From contig NC_086109.1 of the NCBI RefSeq assembly GCF_963921235.1, positions 8,496,001-8,560,000 on the forward strand: a stretch of DNA of 64,000 nucleotides. Direction: 5' to 3'. This document shows positions 36,946 to 51,128 of this stretch, piece after piece (the stretch's first letter is position 1; each line of letters starts with the position of its first letter). Position numbers and translations under genes: made by a program. The notes beneath the pieces are model-generated. The model was not told the origin of the DNA. It saw nothing but the letters and a program-made list of their open reading frames with translations, and ran no database searches. This DNA is from Mobula hypostoma (lineage: Eukaryota).

Positions 36946-37011
36946 AATAAATGTTCTATGTTCTGTGAAACTAGAATATCAGCAGGATGTGATATTGCCC
37001 AGTTCCAGCAT

Positions 37012-37616
37012 CAACGTTCCCTCTAATTGTTTTTTACAGCTGTGCGTGCCAACCACTGCTCTGAGCAGGAAATTTTCAGACGACCTGAAAACTGCACGGC
37101 ATATTAAAAGTTTTTTTTGTGTAATATGCACATCAAACAAACACAAACCACACTCAGAACACAACTAAATAATGTCAGGCAGTCAAAACAACTGACAGGT
37201 ACAAGGGAAAAAGCAAAATGTTTCGACTAGATGGCGTCAGCGTTCAGTGGGCCGGCAGTTTATTAACAATGAGCTACTGACTTCCATTCTGTGTTTGTTG
37301 TTACAATTTGCAACAGTGTTGTAACTTGAAACACAGACAATGTAAATATATTGAAGCTCTAAAATGTTTCAAAGCAAAGATTGTGATACGTTTATTGTTT
37401 TGAAAATTTGTTGATTATATTTATTAACACAATTAATTACAGGTATTTCACAATTACTGTATATTAACAGATTTCAAAATTAGATTAACATAATTTCAAA
37501 ATTATATTAACATTATATAAAAGAAAATCCCAGCTGCACGACAACAAGGGCTACGTGCACGGGGGCATTTCAGTTACTGCGCGGCCATAAACCCACCCAT
37601 CTTAGAGGGAAGAGTG
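37012..37616. mobile_element. hAT-like MITE
   Basis: TIRs caacgttccctctaa / ttagagggaagagtg; 8-bp flanks tccagcat / aacagcat. Confidence 0.75.
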
Positions 37617-38564
37617 AACAGCATTGTCTGAAAGGAGTGCAGGGTCTCCCTTCCAATCAGTAGATATTGATAGAGTAAAATAATTCTGTGGTCAGAAATA
37701 TCTAAACAAGTGGGCAAGAAGGGTTATATTGATCTTAGAGTAGCTTAAAAAAGTTGGCACAACATCATGGGCCAAAGGACTTGTACTGTGCTGTTGTGTT
37801 TTAAACATTCAGAATCAAAATCATGTTTAATAGCACTGGGATATGTCATGAAATTTGTTGTTTTGCTGCAGCAGTACAATGTAACACATAAAATAAACCA
37901 AAATCATATAAGAAATATGTATCTTTCAGGTGTAGCACTTGCTCTGCTTGCAGGGGTAAGTGCCAGAAAGGAGATATGAAGATCATTGGGGACTCCCTCC
38001 CCAATATCACCTAAATCTGACAGCAGAGAGGAAGCGGCTGCTTCTGAAATGTTGAGTGTGGGTCTTCAGGCTCCTGTACCATCTCCTTGAAGGTAGCAAT
38101 GAGAAGAGGGCATGTCCTGGGTGAAACCAGGAGTCACAGAATGTCCACAGCCAGTGGAGAGCCCCTGCAACGAGGCTCTTGACTCGCGTTGATTGTATCA
38201 ATCTGTGGTTGCAATGATGCTCACAAATTTAGATCTGCTCATTTCATTGGAACTGTATATGTAAAAATGAGTCCAAACCTCAGTGAAGCTCTGCTATTGA
38301 CACAAGACAATCTTCCCTCCAGCACTTCAGGAATGGGGCAGGCGGGTGGGGTGAGTGGACCTGCTGGATTAAACTGTATAATTGTTAGTTTTTCCTTGTA
38401 GTTTAACTTCCTTATATTTGTTAATATTTTTATATAGTTACCTCTGTATATGTAGTTGCTCAGTGTGTTCCCAAGCGGTTACAGTCCCTCTGTATCTCTT
38501 TGGGAGCATTACTGGTTCCAGTGTTGGGGATCACATTACTTGAATGGAGCTACCTTATTGGCTG

Positions 38565-38860
38565 TATTTGTTTATTTAATTATTTAGAGAGACAGTGTGG
38601 AGCAGACCCACCCAGCCCAACGAGCCACATCACCCTGCAACCCAGCCTAATCACAGGACAATTTACAATGTCAAATTAACCTACTAACCAGTACGTTTTT
38701 TGGACTGTGGGAGGAAACTGGAGCACCCAGTGAAAACCCACGCGGTCACAGGAAGAAAGTACAAACATTCTTACAAAGGATGCTGGAATTGAACTCCGAA
38801 CTCCACTGCCCCGAACTGCAATTGTGTCGTACTAAAAGCTATGCTCCCATGGCGCCCCAC
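38565..38860 (-). mobile_element. V-domain SINE
   Basis: V core and (taaa)n tail on the minus strand. Confidence 0.78.
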
Positions 38861-39189
38861 AGTTGATTCAAGCAACAGAATTTGAATGGAATTGATCACT
38901 GCTGGCAAATTGGTATAAGAAGACCAGACCCCATTGGATCTGTCTCTTTTCACCTTCACCTCCTCACTACTAGTCTCTGCTTTTTCTATTCTCTGTTCCT
39001 AATTCCTTTGATCTTTTAGCGCTTAATAAAATCAGCCACAATCACCAAGTTTTAAGCCTCATTCTTGACTTCTGAAGAACTTTGGATCAAAAACATCAGT
39101 CGTCAACGGGTCCAATACTGACCCATATTGAATAGTGGTTCAACTGACGCCACTATCTATAAGGAGTTTGTATGTTATTCCTCTCAACT

Positions 39190-39830
39190 ACATCCAGCTG
39201 CCTCGTCCCCATAACCTTTGGTGCCCTTACTAATCAAGAACCTATCAACCTCCACTGTAAATATACCCAATGGCAATGAATTCCACAGATTCTCTGGCTG
39301 AAGAAATTCCTCCTCGTCTCTGTTCTAAAGGGACGTCCTTGCATTCTGAAACTGCGCCCTCCGGTCCAAGTCTCACCCACTGTAGGAAACACCCTCTCCA
39401 TGTGCACTCTGTCTGGGACTTTCAATATTCAATAGGTTTCAATGAGATCCCCCCCTCATTCTTCTGGACTCCTACGAGTACAGGCCCAGAGCCATCAAAC
39501 ACTCCTCATATGTTAACCCTTTCATCCCCAGGATCATTTTCTTGAACATCCCTCTCCAATGCCAGCACATCCTTTCTTAGATATGGGGCCTAAAGCTGCT
39601 CACAATAGTTCAAGTGCGGTCTGACTAATACCTTGTAAAGCCGCAGCACTGCATCCTTTTTTTATATATATTCTAGTCCTCTCAAAATGAATGTTAACAT
39701 TGCACTTGCCCTCCTCACCACTGACTCAACATGCAAGTTAACTTCAGAGAATCCTGTACGAGGACTCTCAAGTCACTTTGCAGCTCTGATTTCTGAATCG
39801 TTCCCTCCCTTTAGAAAAGAGTCTATGGAT
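39190..39830 (-). mobile_element. CR1 fragment
   Basis: ORF 39234..39425 (FRTETRRNFFSQR); LVRPHLNY remnant. Confidence 0.85.
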
Positions 39831-42299
39831 TATTTTTCTAAACAGATCATAGCATGCTCTCTTCCACTCCCACCATCTGGGCCAAACTCTCTTCTCGCTG
39901 CTGTCATCAGGAAGGAGATACAGGAGCTTTAGGTCCTACACCTGCCAGGAACAGTTATTACTCTACAACAAGCAGGCTCCCGAGCCAGAGTGGACAGCTT
40001 CACTCACCTCAACTCTGAACTGATTCCATGACCTAAAGACTCACTGTCAAGGACTCTGCAACTCATGTTCTGAGTATTATTTATTTGTTATCACTTTTAT
40101 TTCTTTTCTTTTGCATTTGCAGAATTTGCTTTCTTTTGCAGATTGCTTGTTTGTCCAACTTTGTGTGCAGTTTTTCATTGATTCCATTGTACTTCTTTGT
40201 TCCACTGTGAATGCCAGTAAGAAAAGGAACCCCAGGATAGTCTACGGTGACATATACGCATTTAGATAATAAATTTACTTTGAACTTTGAACTTTAATGC
40301 AGCCTAGCTAAGTTGGCTCATGGGCCTTTCTTTGTGTACTACTGGATATCCATCAGTGTGGCAATGACAGTACTCTTGAAGTTCAGCTCAATGGCATCAG
40401 ATAGTTGGACTGATCTAACACTGAAAGATGATAGGTTTCCCCTCTGTCTCTTCCTCAAATGCTTTTGAGGAAAGAGTGTGCAATTAGCAAAGAGAGCTAT
40501 TTCAGTCGGGATTCAACGCTGCCTGAACCTTGCAGAAATCTAATTCAGACTCTGCAGGAACCCGACCAACATCAACTAGCCAACACTTTCGCAGACATTT
40601 CAACAAAGCAAGTTTGCAGAGGTCATCCATGACATTTTGAGGTTTGGTTTACATTCGAGGAATTGAGTCTTTCCTGACAATAAAAAATACTGGTGTTTCA
40701 ACCTTAACTAATAATACTTCTTCCTGTGTGGTTCTGTGCATATTATCAGCTCCCTTAATTATGTGCATGCTAATTTTAAATCAGCTTGCACCTTCATATG
40801 ACTGATAAACCAAGCTAAAATAAAACCGATGTGCAGCCTTCCCAAGCAATGGATTCCTGCCATGTTATACTTCCCTTTTGCACAGTAATAATAATAATTT
40901 TATTTATAGAGCACTTTTCATACAGACAATGGAGTTCAAAGTGCTTTTCAGCGGGATAAAGTACAAACATTATCCCATTGCTTATCCATAGTTATAGCTG
41001 GTCTTTTCACACAATTACTGATACACTAAAGGCAACCATTCAGTGTGGCATTCTGAGCTTAACTCTTAAAGATTTTAAAGATTAGCTGAGTTTGTCATAT
41101 CCAAACATTAAGTGAAATGTGTCGTTTGCACTGAATCAAACGCGTGAGGGTGGTACTAGAGCAGCCGCAAGTGTCGCCACACTTCTGATGCCAATGTAGC
41201 ATGCCCACAACTTACCCTAACCCATACATCTTTGGAATGTGGGAGGAAATCGGAATGCCCAGAAGAAACCCACGTGGTCACGGGGCAAACGTACGAACTC
41301 CTTACAGACAGCAGCAGGAATGGAACCCTGATCGACCAAGAGACCTAGAGAACCAAACGTGCCCACAGCTCACTAACCCTAAGTGTCCAGTTACCCTTGA
41401 TAATGAACTTCACCAGTTGTTGTTGAAACAACAGACACTGTAAATAGATTGAGGGATTTGAAAAGATGAATATTACTGCCCCGACTCCAAGTCCAACTGA
41501 GTGTTAGATGGTTTAAGACTGTATTCTGTAGTTGGGTTACTGCCAGATAATTGGGTATACCATGAATACCAAACCACAGGAGACTGAGATAGGAGGAAAG
41601 ATTAGCTCTATTTGTCACACGTACATCGAAACATTTAGAAACATGGAAAACCTACAGCACAATACAGGCCCTTCGGCCCACAATACTGTGCCGAACATGT
41701 ACTTACTTTGGAAATTACCTAGGGTTACCCATGGCCCTCTGTTTTTCTAAACTCCATGTACCTATCCAGAAATCTCTTAAAAGACCCTATTGTATCCGCC
41801 TCCACCACCGTCGCCGGCAGTCCATTCCACACACTCTCCGCTCTCTGCGTAAAAATAATTACTCCTGACATCTCCTCTGTACCTACTTCCAAGCACCTTA
41901 AAACTGCGTCCTCTCGTGCTAGCCATTTCAGCCCTGGGAAGAAGCTCTGTCAGGTCACCTCTAATCCTCGTAGCCGCAAATCACTTGCGTCAAGTCAAAT
42001 CAGCAAGGATTGTGATGGGGGCAGCCCACAAGTGTCACCATGCTTCTGGCGCCAACAGGGCATGCCCTCAACTTACTAACCCTAGCCTGTACATCTTTGG
42101 AATATGAGAGGAAAGCGGAGCACCCAGGGGAAACTCACGCGATCACCCGGAGAACTTAAAACTCCTCACGGATGGCAGCGGGAATAGAACCCCAGTCAAT
42201 CAAGAGTCCAACTCTTGGTCTGAGAGTGTGAGCAGGGAACACTACAGATGATTCATGTAAAAAAAACACCGCAAACTCTGATGAGCCAATGGGACTATA

Positions 42300-42990
42300 G
42301 CGTCATAGAACAGTATAGCGCATAAAACCTACCCTTTGGCCCATCTAGTCCATGCTGAACTACTAATCCGCCTTGTCCCATCAACCCTGGACCATACCCC
42401 TGTCATCCATGTTCCTATCCAACTTCCCTTAAATGTTGAAATTGAATCTGCATTCATCACTCTCGTTGGCACCTTGTTCCACACTCTCAGCACCCTCAGA
42501 GTGAAGAAGTTCCTCCTCATGTTCCCCTTAAACATTTCACCCTTCACCCTTAACCCATGACCTCTAGTTCTAGTCTCACCCAACTTCAGTGGAAAAAGCC
42601 AGTTTGCATTTACCCTATCTATAGCCCTCATAATTTTCTATTCCTCTATCAAATCTCCTCCCAATCTCCTAGGCTCTAGGGAATAAATTCCTAATCAATT
42701 CAACCTTTCCCTGTAACTTGGGTCCTCAAATTCCGACAATATCCTTGTAGATTTTCTTTGTACTCTTTCAAGTTTACTGATATCTTTCCTCTAGGTAGGT
42801 GACCAGAAATACACAATACCTCAAATTAGGGCTCACCAGCATCTTATACAATTTCAACACAACATCTCAACTCCTGTACTCAGTACATTGATATACAAAA
42901 GCCAAAGGGCCAAAAGCTCTCTTTACGACCCCATTAACCTATGTTGCCATTTTCATGGAATTATGGACCTGTATTCCCAGATCCCTCTGG
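42300..42990 (-). mobile_element. CR1 3' end
   Basis: ORF 42329..42631 (ETRTRGHGLRV, RRNFFT). Confidence 0.88.
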
Positions 42991-43224
42991 AATTCCATTA
43001 CTCATGTCAGTGAACTTTCATGGAATGCTTTGTCTGAAAAGCTGCTTCATCAAAGAATGGGGACTTAAACCTGTAACTTCGGTTTCAATTCAAGGATCAA
43101 GGATCAACTTTATTCACCCTGAACATTTATATTCAGAATCTTCTGTGGTGTGTTGCTGCAACAGGCAACAAAAATCAACAACAATCAGCAATTATAAAGA
43201 ATAAAGAATTACATGAAGATAAAG

Positions 43225-44810
43225 ATTCAAGATTGTTTAATGTCATTTCCTGTACACAAGTGTAAGGATAACAAATTAATTGTTACTCTGGATCCGATGC
43301 AGCTCAAAAAGGACATGAAGGATAAAGAACACAATAATAATTAAAAATATAGAATGAATATAAATACTTAAAATAGATTATATATACATACATACATTGA
43401 TTGTATGTCCATAACGTGATACTAGGTTGTACATAAGATGACCGATGGGAGATAATAAAGTAGTGGTGGAGTTAACGGGTGGAGGTGTTGATCAGCCTTA
43501 CTGCTTGGGGAGAGTAACTGTTTTTGAGTCTGGGGGTCCTGGTATGGATGCTATGTGTTCCCCCCCCCACCCCCCGATGGGAGTGGGACAAACATTCCAT
43601 GAGTACAATGCGTGGGATCTTTTATTGATGTTACTGGCCCTTTTCTAGCACATTTCTGTAGGTATATTTTTGATGATGGGTAAGCTGGTGTCAGTGTGGT
43701 GTTGAGCAGTTTTAATACCCGTTGCAGAGCCTTCCTATCTGTTACAGAACAGTCTGCGTACCAAGCAGTGATACAGCTTGTTCGGATGCTCTCCTCTGCG
43801 CATCTGTGGAATGATGTGAGTATGGATGTGTAAAGTCCAGCTCCCTTCAGCCTCCTCAGAAGTAGAGAAGTTGGTGAGCTTTTCTGACTGTGTGGGATAT
43901 GTTCCAGGACCATGAGAGGTTCTGTGTGATGTGCACTCCCAGGAAATTTTAACTGCTCACAGTTTCCACTGTTGTGCCACCAATATAAAGGATTAGGGGA
44001 GAGTGAGTGGTGCGAGTTGTCCCGAAGTCGATAACCATCTCCTTTGTCTTGTCAACATTGAGGAAGAGGTTATTTGCCTGGCACCAGGCCCCGAGCTCTT
44101 CCACGTCCTCTCTGTAGGCCGTCTCATCAACATGGATGACGAGCCCCACCACTGTCGTGTCATCAGCAAACTTGACGATGTGGCTGCTCAGCTGTTTGGC
44201 TGGGCGGTCATGTGTGATCGGAGTGTGCAGCAACAGGCTCAGCACACAGCCCCGGGGGGGGGGGGTACCCGTGCTGAGGATGGTTAGGAGGGAGAAGCAG
44301 TCATGCATCCTGACTATCTGAGGTCTGTTGGTTAGGAAGTCCAACACTCCAACACCCAGTTGCACAGTGGTGCATTTAAACTGAGGACCAGGAGTTTGTT
44401 CACAAAGGTCCTGTGGAACAATAGTGTTGAATGTTGAACTAAAATCTAGAAACAGCAATCTGACATAAGTATCCTTGTTTTCTAGGTGTGTCAGATCCAG
44501 GTGCATGACAGATGCTTTGGCATCCGTAGAAGAGGGATTCTGTCGGTAAGCATACTGGTGAGAGTCCAATCTGGCAGGAATGGAGTTTTTGATTTGTTCC
44601 AGGCACTTCATGATGATTGGTATCAGTGCCACAAGGCAGTAGTTGTTTAGTTCTGAAGGTGTAGAGTTCTTTGGTGCAGGGATGATGATAGCTGATCTGA
44701 AACGTGGGGATGCAGCCTGGATGACTGACATGCTGTAGAAGTCAGTGAGCTGGTGTGCATGCTCTTTGAGTACTCGGCCTGGGATGATGCCTAGCTTGGC
44801 TGCCTTCTCA
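43225..44810 (-). mobile_element. Rex1/Babar LINE fragment with degenerate RT
   Basis: ORF 43949..44731 (IIIPAPK, QYAYR, VRLLFLDFSSTFNTI, VKFADDTTVVGL); ORF 43551..43913 gives the C-terminal part. Confidence 0.9.
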
Positions 44811-45646
44811 TATCAGACTCGATGGGCCAAGTGTGCCCAATTCTGCTCCTATGGCTTATGGCCTTACCGCCCCAACTTGCAAAAAGCTGCTTCCTCAAAG
44901 AATGAGGACTTAAAGCTACATCGTTTGTTTTAACAGTTTGTGTTAAATTTCTGCAGCTGCTTCAAGATCAAGTTCAAGCTTATAATCCTTCTACCATACC
45001 AAAACACAGAACGTATATCACATACAGTACATAAAATAATATTAACTCAGTAATATTAGCAAATAATAATTTAAAAAAAGTATGGCACTGTCATAAATAA
45101 TGTGTACCAGTGTGTTCAGAAGTCACTCAGTCTGGGGGCTAGAAGCTGTTACCCAGCCTAACAGTTCTTGTTCTTAAACTGTGGTATCTTCTGCCTGAGG
45201 GTTGGAGATACTTTTTAACCAACTTGGGAAATACCTGTGATACATGGAGAAAGGTAAGTACCACACAAGTCTGGCCCACAAGTGACATGACCTCAAGGAT
45301 GTCTGGCTTATGCCAATAACAGAGGTTTACTCAAAAAGCTTCCAAGAAGCAAATCCACACCAAAAGTTCCGACAATCAATTCCTGGACTCAGTTTTAAGC
45401 AGTGTTTTTTTTTCCACTTCCACTGAGGTATTAGCATCACAATATGAACTACTTTCGACTTTTGTTCCTCTGTCATAGAATGGAGGAGGGAGAGAGTTAG
45501 GATTGTTGGATATCAGGTGTACTATAGGCTAACAAGCCCCACCAAGTATCAACATGACTCACTACACATTTTACATTCCTTCTTTATGAAGCACATTCTA
45601 CGGGGAATGGGACATAGGGGGCAACTTAATTAAAATCTGGAAGCTA

Positions 45647-46203
45647 CGTTCAGTGGGCACTTTATTGGGTACCTGCTGTAAGTAATCAAATGGACCCTGA
45701 GGGTATGTTCATGGTCTTCTGCTGCTGAGGACTATCCACTTCAAGGTTTGACACGTTATGCTTTCAGAGATGTTCTTCTGCACATGGTTGTTGTAACGCG
45801 TGGTTATTTGAGTTACTGTCACCTTCCTGTCAGCTTGAACCAGCCTGGCCATTCTCCACTGACCTCTTTCATGAGCAGGGCATTTTCACCCACAGAACTG
45901 CTGCTCATTAGATTTTGTTTTTGTTTCTTATACCATTCTCTGTGAACTTGAGATATTGTTGAACGTGAAAATCCCAGGAGGTCTGAGATATTTAAACCAC
46001 CCAATCTGGCACCAACAATCATTCCACAGTCAAGGTCACTTCGATCACATTTCTTCCCCATTCCCCAGCCTGAACAACAACTGAACCTCTTGACCATGTC
46101 TGCATGCTTTTATGCACTGAGTTTCTGCCACATGATTGGCTGATTAGATAGTTGCATTAATGAACAGGTGTACAGATATCTCTAATAAGGTGCCCACTGA
46201 TTG
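45647..46203 (-). mobile_element. Tc1 internal-deletion derivative with transposase HTH remnant
   Basis: TIRs with TA flanks; ORF 45819..46097 MGKKCDRSDLDCGMIVGARLGG...LLGFSRSTIS..REW. Confidence 0.85.
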
Positions 46204-48280
46204 TATAAACAGCAGAGAATAAAATGAAGAGAAAGGTTTAAATAAACTTGATCTCAATAGGAAGGTGTGTGGTGTGTTGGCCTTCATTAGTTGCAGGACT
46301 GAGTTCAAGATCTGTGAGATAATGTTGCAAATCCATAAAACTTTGGTTAGACCACACTTGGAGTATTGTGTTGAGGTCACCTCATTATAGGAAGGATGTG
46401 AAAGCTTTAGTGCAGAGGCAATTTCAGAGATCGACTCTCTCCTCAAACGCTACCACGAGTTCAGAGTTAGGAAAGAAGAGCTGAGTCTGAGATCAGGTCA
46501 CCAGGTTTATAATGAACAGAGAAGCAGGCTCTTGAAAGGCTGAATGGCCTTTTTGTGCTCGCTCCTAATTATGTTCTTATACAGATGTCATGCTAGTTCC
46601 TTCACAACAAAGCTCTGGAAATGAAATTCAATACAACATCCACAATGAACCCTTGTGCCTGCAGAGGAGCAGGAAAGAGACAGTGAAGCGAAAGAGCAAC
46701 ACACACAAAATGCTGGAGAACTCTTCATCAGGTCTGGAAAGATAGGAAGCAAAAGCCAGATTAAGAAGTTGGAAGGAGAGCAAGGAGTACAAGCTGGCAG
46801 CTGACGGGGTAAGTCAGATGAGGAACAGTATGGGTGAGTGGAGGAAGGGGGAATGAAGTGGAAAACTGGGAGCTGATAGGTGGATGAGGTAAACGGGTAA
46901 AGAAGAAGGAATCTGATAGGAGTGGAGAGTGGACCTTGGGAGGAAGGGAAGGAGGAGAGGCATCAGAGGGAGGAGATGGACAGGTAAGGAGAAGAAAAGT
47001 GGTAGGAGTGGAGCTAGAACGGGGAATAGAAAAGGAAAGATAGATTTCCAGCATCTGCAGGATGTCTTGTGTTTACGAAGGGCAAGGCTTAACTGAGTGT
47101 GAGGGGTGTGGAAGAAAAACACCGAGGGTGAACAAAACCACATAAAATGCGAACAGAGAGAGACAGACAGAACACATGACAAACAGGATGGCAGCAAGTG
47201 AGAGGGAAAGACCAAGTTATGGAAGACATAAACAGGCTTTACTATAGAAACCTTCAGCACAGAAACGGGCCCTCCTCCATGACGACTATAATGCCTATCT
47301 ACTCTTGTCCTATTTTCCGGCATTTGGGCCATATCCTTCTATGCAATTTTTATCCATGTACCTGCGCAGGTAATATTAGACTTGCCTCCTTGGGAAGCAC
47401 ATTCCAGATATTCACCATCAGAACACCCATATTTCCAAACCTTCGCCCACAGTCAGAACTGGAGGGAATGAGAAAGTCGCTTCCCTGAAGGAAAAACTTC
47501 AACACCGTTGACATCTGACCATCAAAATTAAAAGTTCAATGTCATTTTATTATCAAATAACTTTTATGTCACCATAGGCTACCTTGAGATTCATTTCAGA
47601 CAGGCATTTAAAGGAAAATGAAGAAATACAATAGATTTTATGAAAAAATTACAATCATTATGCAAAAGAAGACATATCATGTCAATAATAAATAAAAAAT
47701 AATAATGAGAACTTGAGTTGTAGAGACCTTGAAAGTGAGTTTATAGGTTGCGGAGTCAGTTCAGCGTTGAAATGAGTGAAGTTATCCACTCTGGTTCAGG
47801 AGCCTGATGGTTGTAGGGTAATAACTGTCTCTGAACCTTGTCGTGTAGGACCTCCTTCCTGGTGGTCAAAGCATCAACCTCAGTGGGCAGACTGTCCACT
47901 AGGAATGATAGATTCTGCAGGTACACTCCTGTGATGTGCCAGGTGTCTGGGACCAGCTATGTTGCATGTGAATATATATCATCCTCAGCATTATTCTCAG
48001 GACCCTGGCCATTCTCTCTTCTCTGCTCTTCCATCGGGCAAAACATAGAAATGTCTGAAAGCATATACTACCAGGTTCAAGGTCAGTTTCTATTCTGTTA
48101 TTATAAGACTATTAACTTGTTCCCTTGTATAAGGGACTTTTGGCCTCACAACCTAACTTATTTTGATCTTGCACCTTATGGGCATTGAATGGATCTGAAT
48201 GCACATTGAACTTATGAACACTACCTCACCAATTTTTTTATTTGTATCTTCGCATTACTTAACCAATTTAACTATTAATG

Positions 48281-48587
48281 TGGCCATACCCACCCATGGG
48301 AAAGGCTTCGGGAGTAAACTCTGAGGAAGAAATCCGGGGCCAAGATCCCTAAGGAAGTTTGATGTTGTTTACAACTTCACTCTGGCAACCTCTGTGACGA
48401 CACTGGTGCCAAGCTGTATTGGCACTTGCCCTTCCCTTGGACTACATCAGTGACGCGGAGAGGGGGAACCTGCTGTGTTGGCAACAGCCGGTTCTTCAAA
48501 TCTTCCCGCCTAGGCTTGAGCCCTGGAGAGGACACAGTCCACCAGAGGGGCAAACCCATGATCCCCTGGGATTGACGGCTGCCTACA
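48281..48587 (+). mobile_element. 5'-truncated non-autonomous RTE derivative
   Basis: Homologous to the reverse complement of 20613-20910 and to the 3' half of the SINE at 6421-6718. Confidence 0.65.
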
Positions 48588-50059
48588 GTAAATATATATA
48601 CTTACTGTAATTCACATTTTTTTTCTCTATTATTATGTATTGTGTTGTGCTGCTGCTTGCAAAGACAATAAATTTCACAACATATGCCGGTGATATTAAA
48701 CCTGACTCTGATTCTGTCTATCTGCACTACACTTTCTCTGTAGCTGTTACACTTTATTTTGCATTCTGTTATCGTTTTACCTTGTTCTACCTCAATGCAC
48801 TGTGTAATGAATTGATCTGTATGAACAGTATGCAAGACAAGCAGGTATCTCCGTACATGACAATAATAAACCAGTTCCAAGTCGCTGACCAAACCCTGCA
48901 TTTAGCACCGCACGGACCTACTGACTTGCAGGACCATGTCAGAGAGTAGATAAGAGTCACTCACACTCCAACACCAAGGCAAAGATTCTTTCCCCACTGT
49001 GATGGCTAACAGCCTCAGCATTTCTCCTGAGGGCTCTTGGCAGGATGGGTGTGAAGAGAAAAGTTTTCTCTGTGAGCATCTAGAACAAGGAGTATCTGCC
49101 CAAAAATAAGGTGTTGGCTACTTAAGACAGATCTTTTTTTCCTCCCAGAGGGTAATATGTCTTTCTTAGAGAGAGTTCCAAATTATGTTTGGTTGAGTTG
49201 GACGGATTCTTGATGAACTAGACATGAAAGGCCACCACGGATAGAATGCAAGATTGAGGTTACAATCAGGTCAGTTGTGATTGTTATTGAATGGTCATTC
49301 TACAGATGAGTGAGCATCCTAACAAGCTACATTATTGCATGGTACGAAAACTGCTCTGTGGCAGACAGAAAGGCTCTACGCAGTGCAGCACAGGCACCAT
49401 TCTACCCACCATGAAGAACACATATATAGAAGGATGTTGGAAAAGGGCCAGTAACATCATGAAGGATCCCACCCACCTTGCTCATGGACAGTTTGTCCTA
49501 CTCCAGTCAGGAAGGAGGCTACATAGCAGCCATGCCAGGACCACCAGACTCAAAAACAGTTACTTTCCCCAAGCAGTAAGGCTGAACAACACCTCCACTC
49601 GTTAAACCACCCCTCCACATCCCAATCAGCACTACTTTATCATTATCTGTCACTTTATGTACAGACACTGCTATGCCTAGCATCACTTTATGGACGTACA
49701 ATCAATCTATGCATATAAGCTATTTTTGGCATTTATATTTATTGTGTTTTTAATCATTAGCATTGTGTTCTTTTTCTTATTGTGTTTTTTGGACTGGATC
49801 AGATCTGGAGTAGAAATTATTTTCTTCTTTCTACTTGTGTATAGGAAATAATATCAAGCAACCTTGAACAATATCTTGAATCTTAAGGTGTAACAGACTT
49901 GAAGGATCCACTGGCCTAATCTTGTTCCTGATTCACAGCTGCATTGCCAGCATTATTATCACTTGTATTTTAATAATTGGTTAGTTAACTGATTGAATTT
50001 ACGTTTTCCAGCTGGCCTGGCATGCTAAGAATCTGATGTCTTCAGATCAATAGTCCAGG

Positions 50060-50088
50060 CAGCTGGTTACCATGGCAACAAAATGGCT
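50060..50088. promoter_or_regulatory. Candidate cis-element: E-box, RFX X-box and YY1-like site
   Basis: CAGCTG-GTTACCATGGCAAC-AAAATGGCT, contiguous, in a non-repeat island; motif match only. Confidence 0.4.
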
Positions 50089-50384
50089 ACCTCGCCATCA
50101 AAGCTATCTTGTGACAATGGCATGGTGGTCATTAGTGGCCTTCCAGCGAGTCCAGAGACAAGCACTAGTTGGCAGCACTGTTCACGTAGCATGATCCAAA
50201 CTTCTGCATCCAAACACTCGTCGCATGACCTTTCTCACCTCCACCATTAGGGGTGTTGTGAAGCTTACTGTGCCCAGAGGTTGAATTCACTTCGGAATGG
50301 GGCCCTCATCTCTACATCAGTCACCGCTGGCAAGTCCAGCAAGCCCCAGTCTTTACAAAACTTAACATAAAAGGTCTCTGACTT

Positions 50385-50935
50385 ACATTTCTCATGACAG
50401 TGGCTATATTTCATTAGGAGTTTGAGGAGGTTTGGTATTTCACCAAGGACATTCACAAATTTCGACAGATGTACCAAGGAGAGCATTCTAACTGACTGCA
50501 ACATCATCTGGTATGGGGGAGGGGGGGTGCTACTGCACAGGATCGAAATAAACTGCAGAAAGTGGCTCCACCAAGGACACTAGCCTCCCCAGCATCCAGG
50601 AGATCTTCAAGGAGCGACGCTTCAAAAAGGCAACGTCCCTATTACCCAAGACATGCCCTCTTCTCATTGCTACCATCAGGGAGGAGGTGCAGGAGCCTTG
50701 AAGGCACACAATCAACAATTCAGGAATGGTTGCTTCTCCTCTGCCATCAGATTTCTGAATGGACATTGAACCCATGAACACTACCTCATAGTTTTTTCTC
50801 TTTTTGCATTACTTATTTAACGTTTTTTAATAAATCTGTATTTCTTACTATATTATTGTGTATTACATTGTACTGCTGCCGCTTAGCAATAAACTTCACA
50901 ACATTATGCCAGTGATATTAAGCCTGATTCTGCTT
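50385..50935 (+). mobile_element. Rex1/Babar-like LINE 3' end
   Basis: HALFSLLPSGRR remnant; (tgattc)n tail. Confidence 0.8.
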
Positions 50936-51128
50936 TTTTTTAACGAGTATTAGTACTGGTTCATTATTGTCACACGTATGGAGATACAGTGTAAATCTTA
51001 TCTTGCATATCGTTCATACAGATCAAGTCATTACACAGTGCATTGAGATTGTATAAGGTCAGACAATAATAAAGTAGAATAAAGTGTAAAAGCTACTGAG
51101 AAAGAGCCACAAATCATAAATACAAGAG

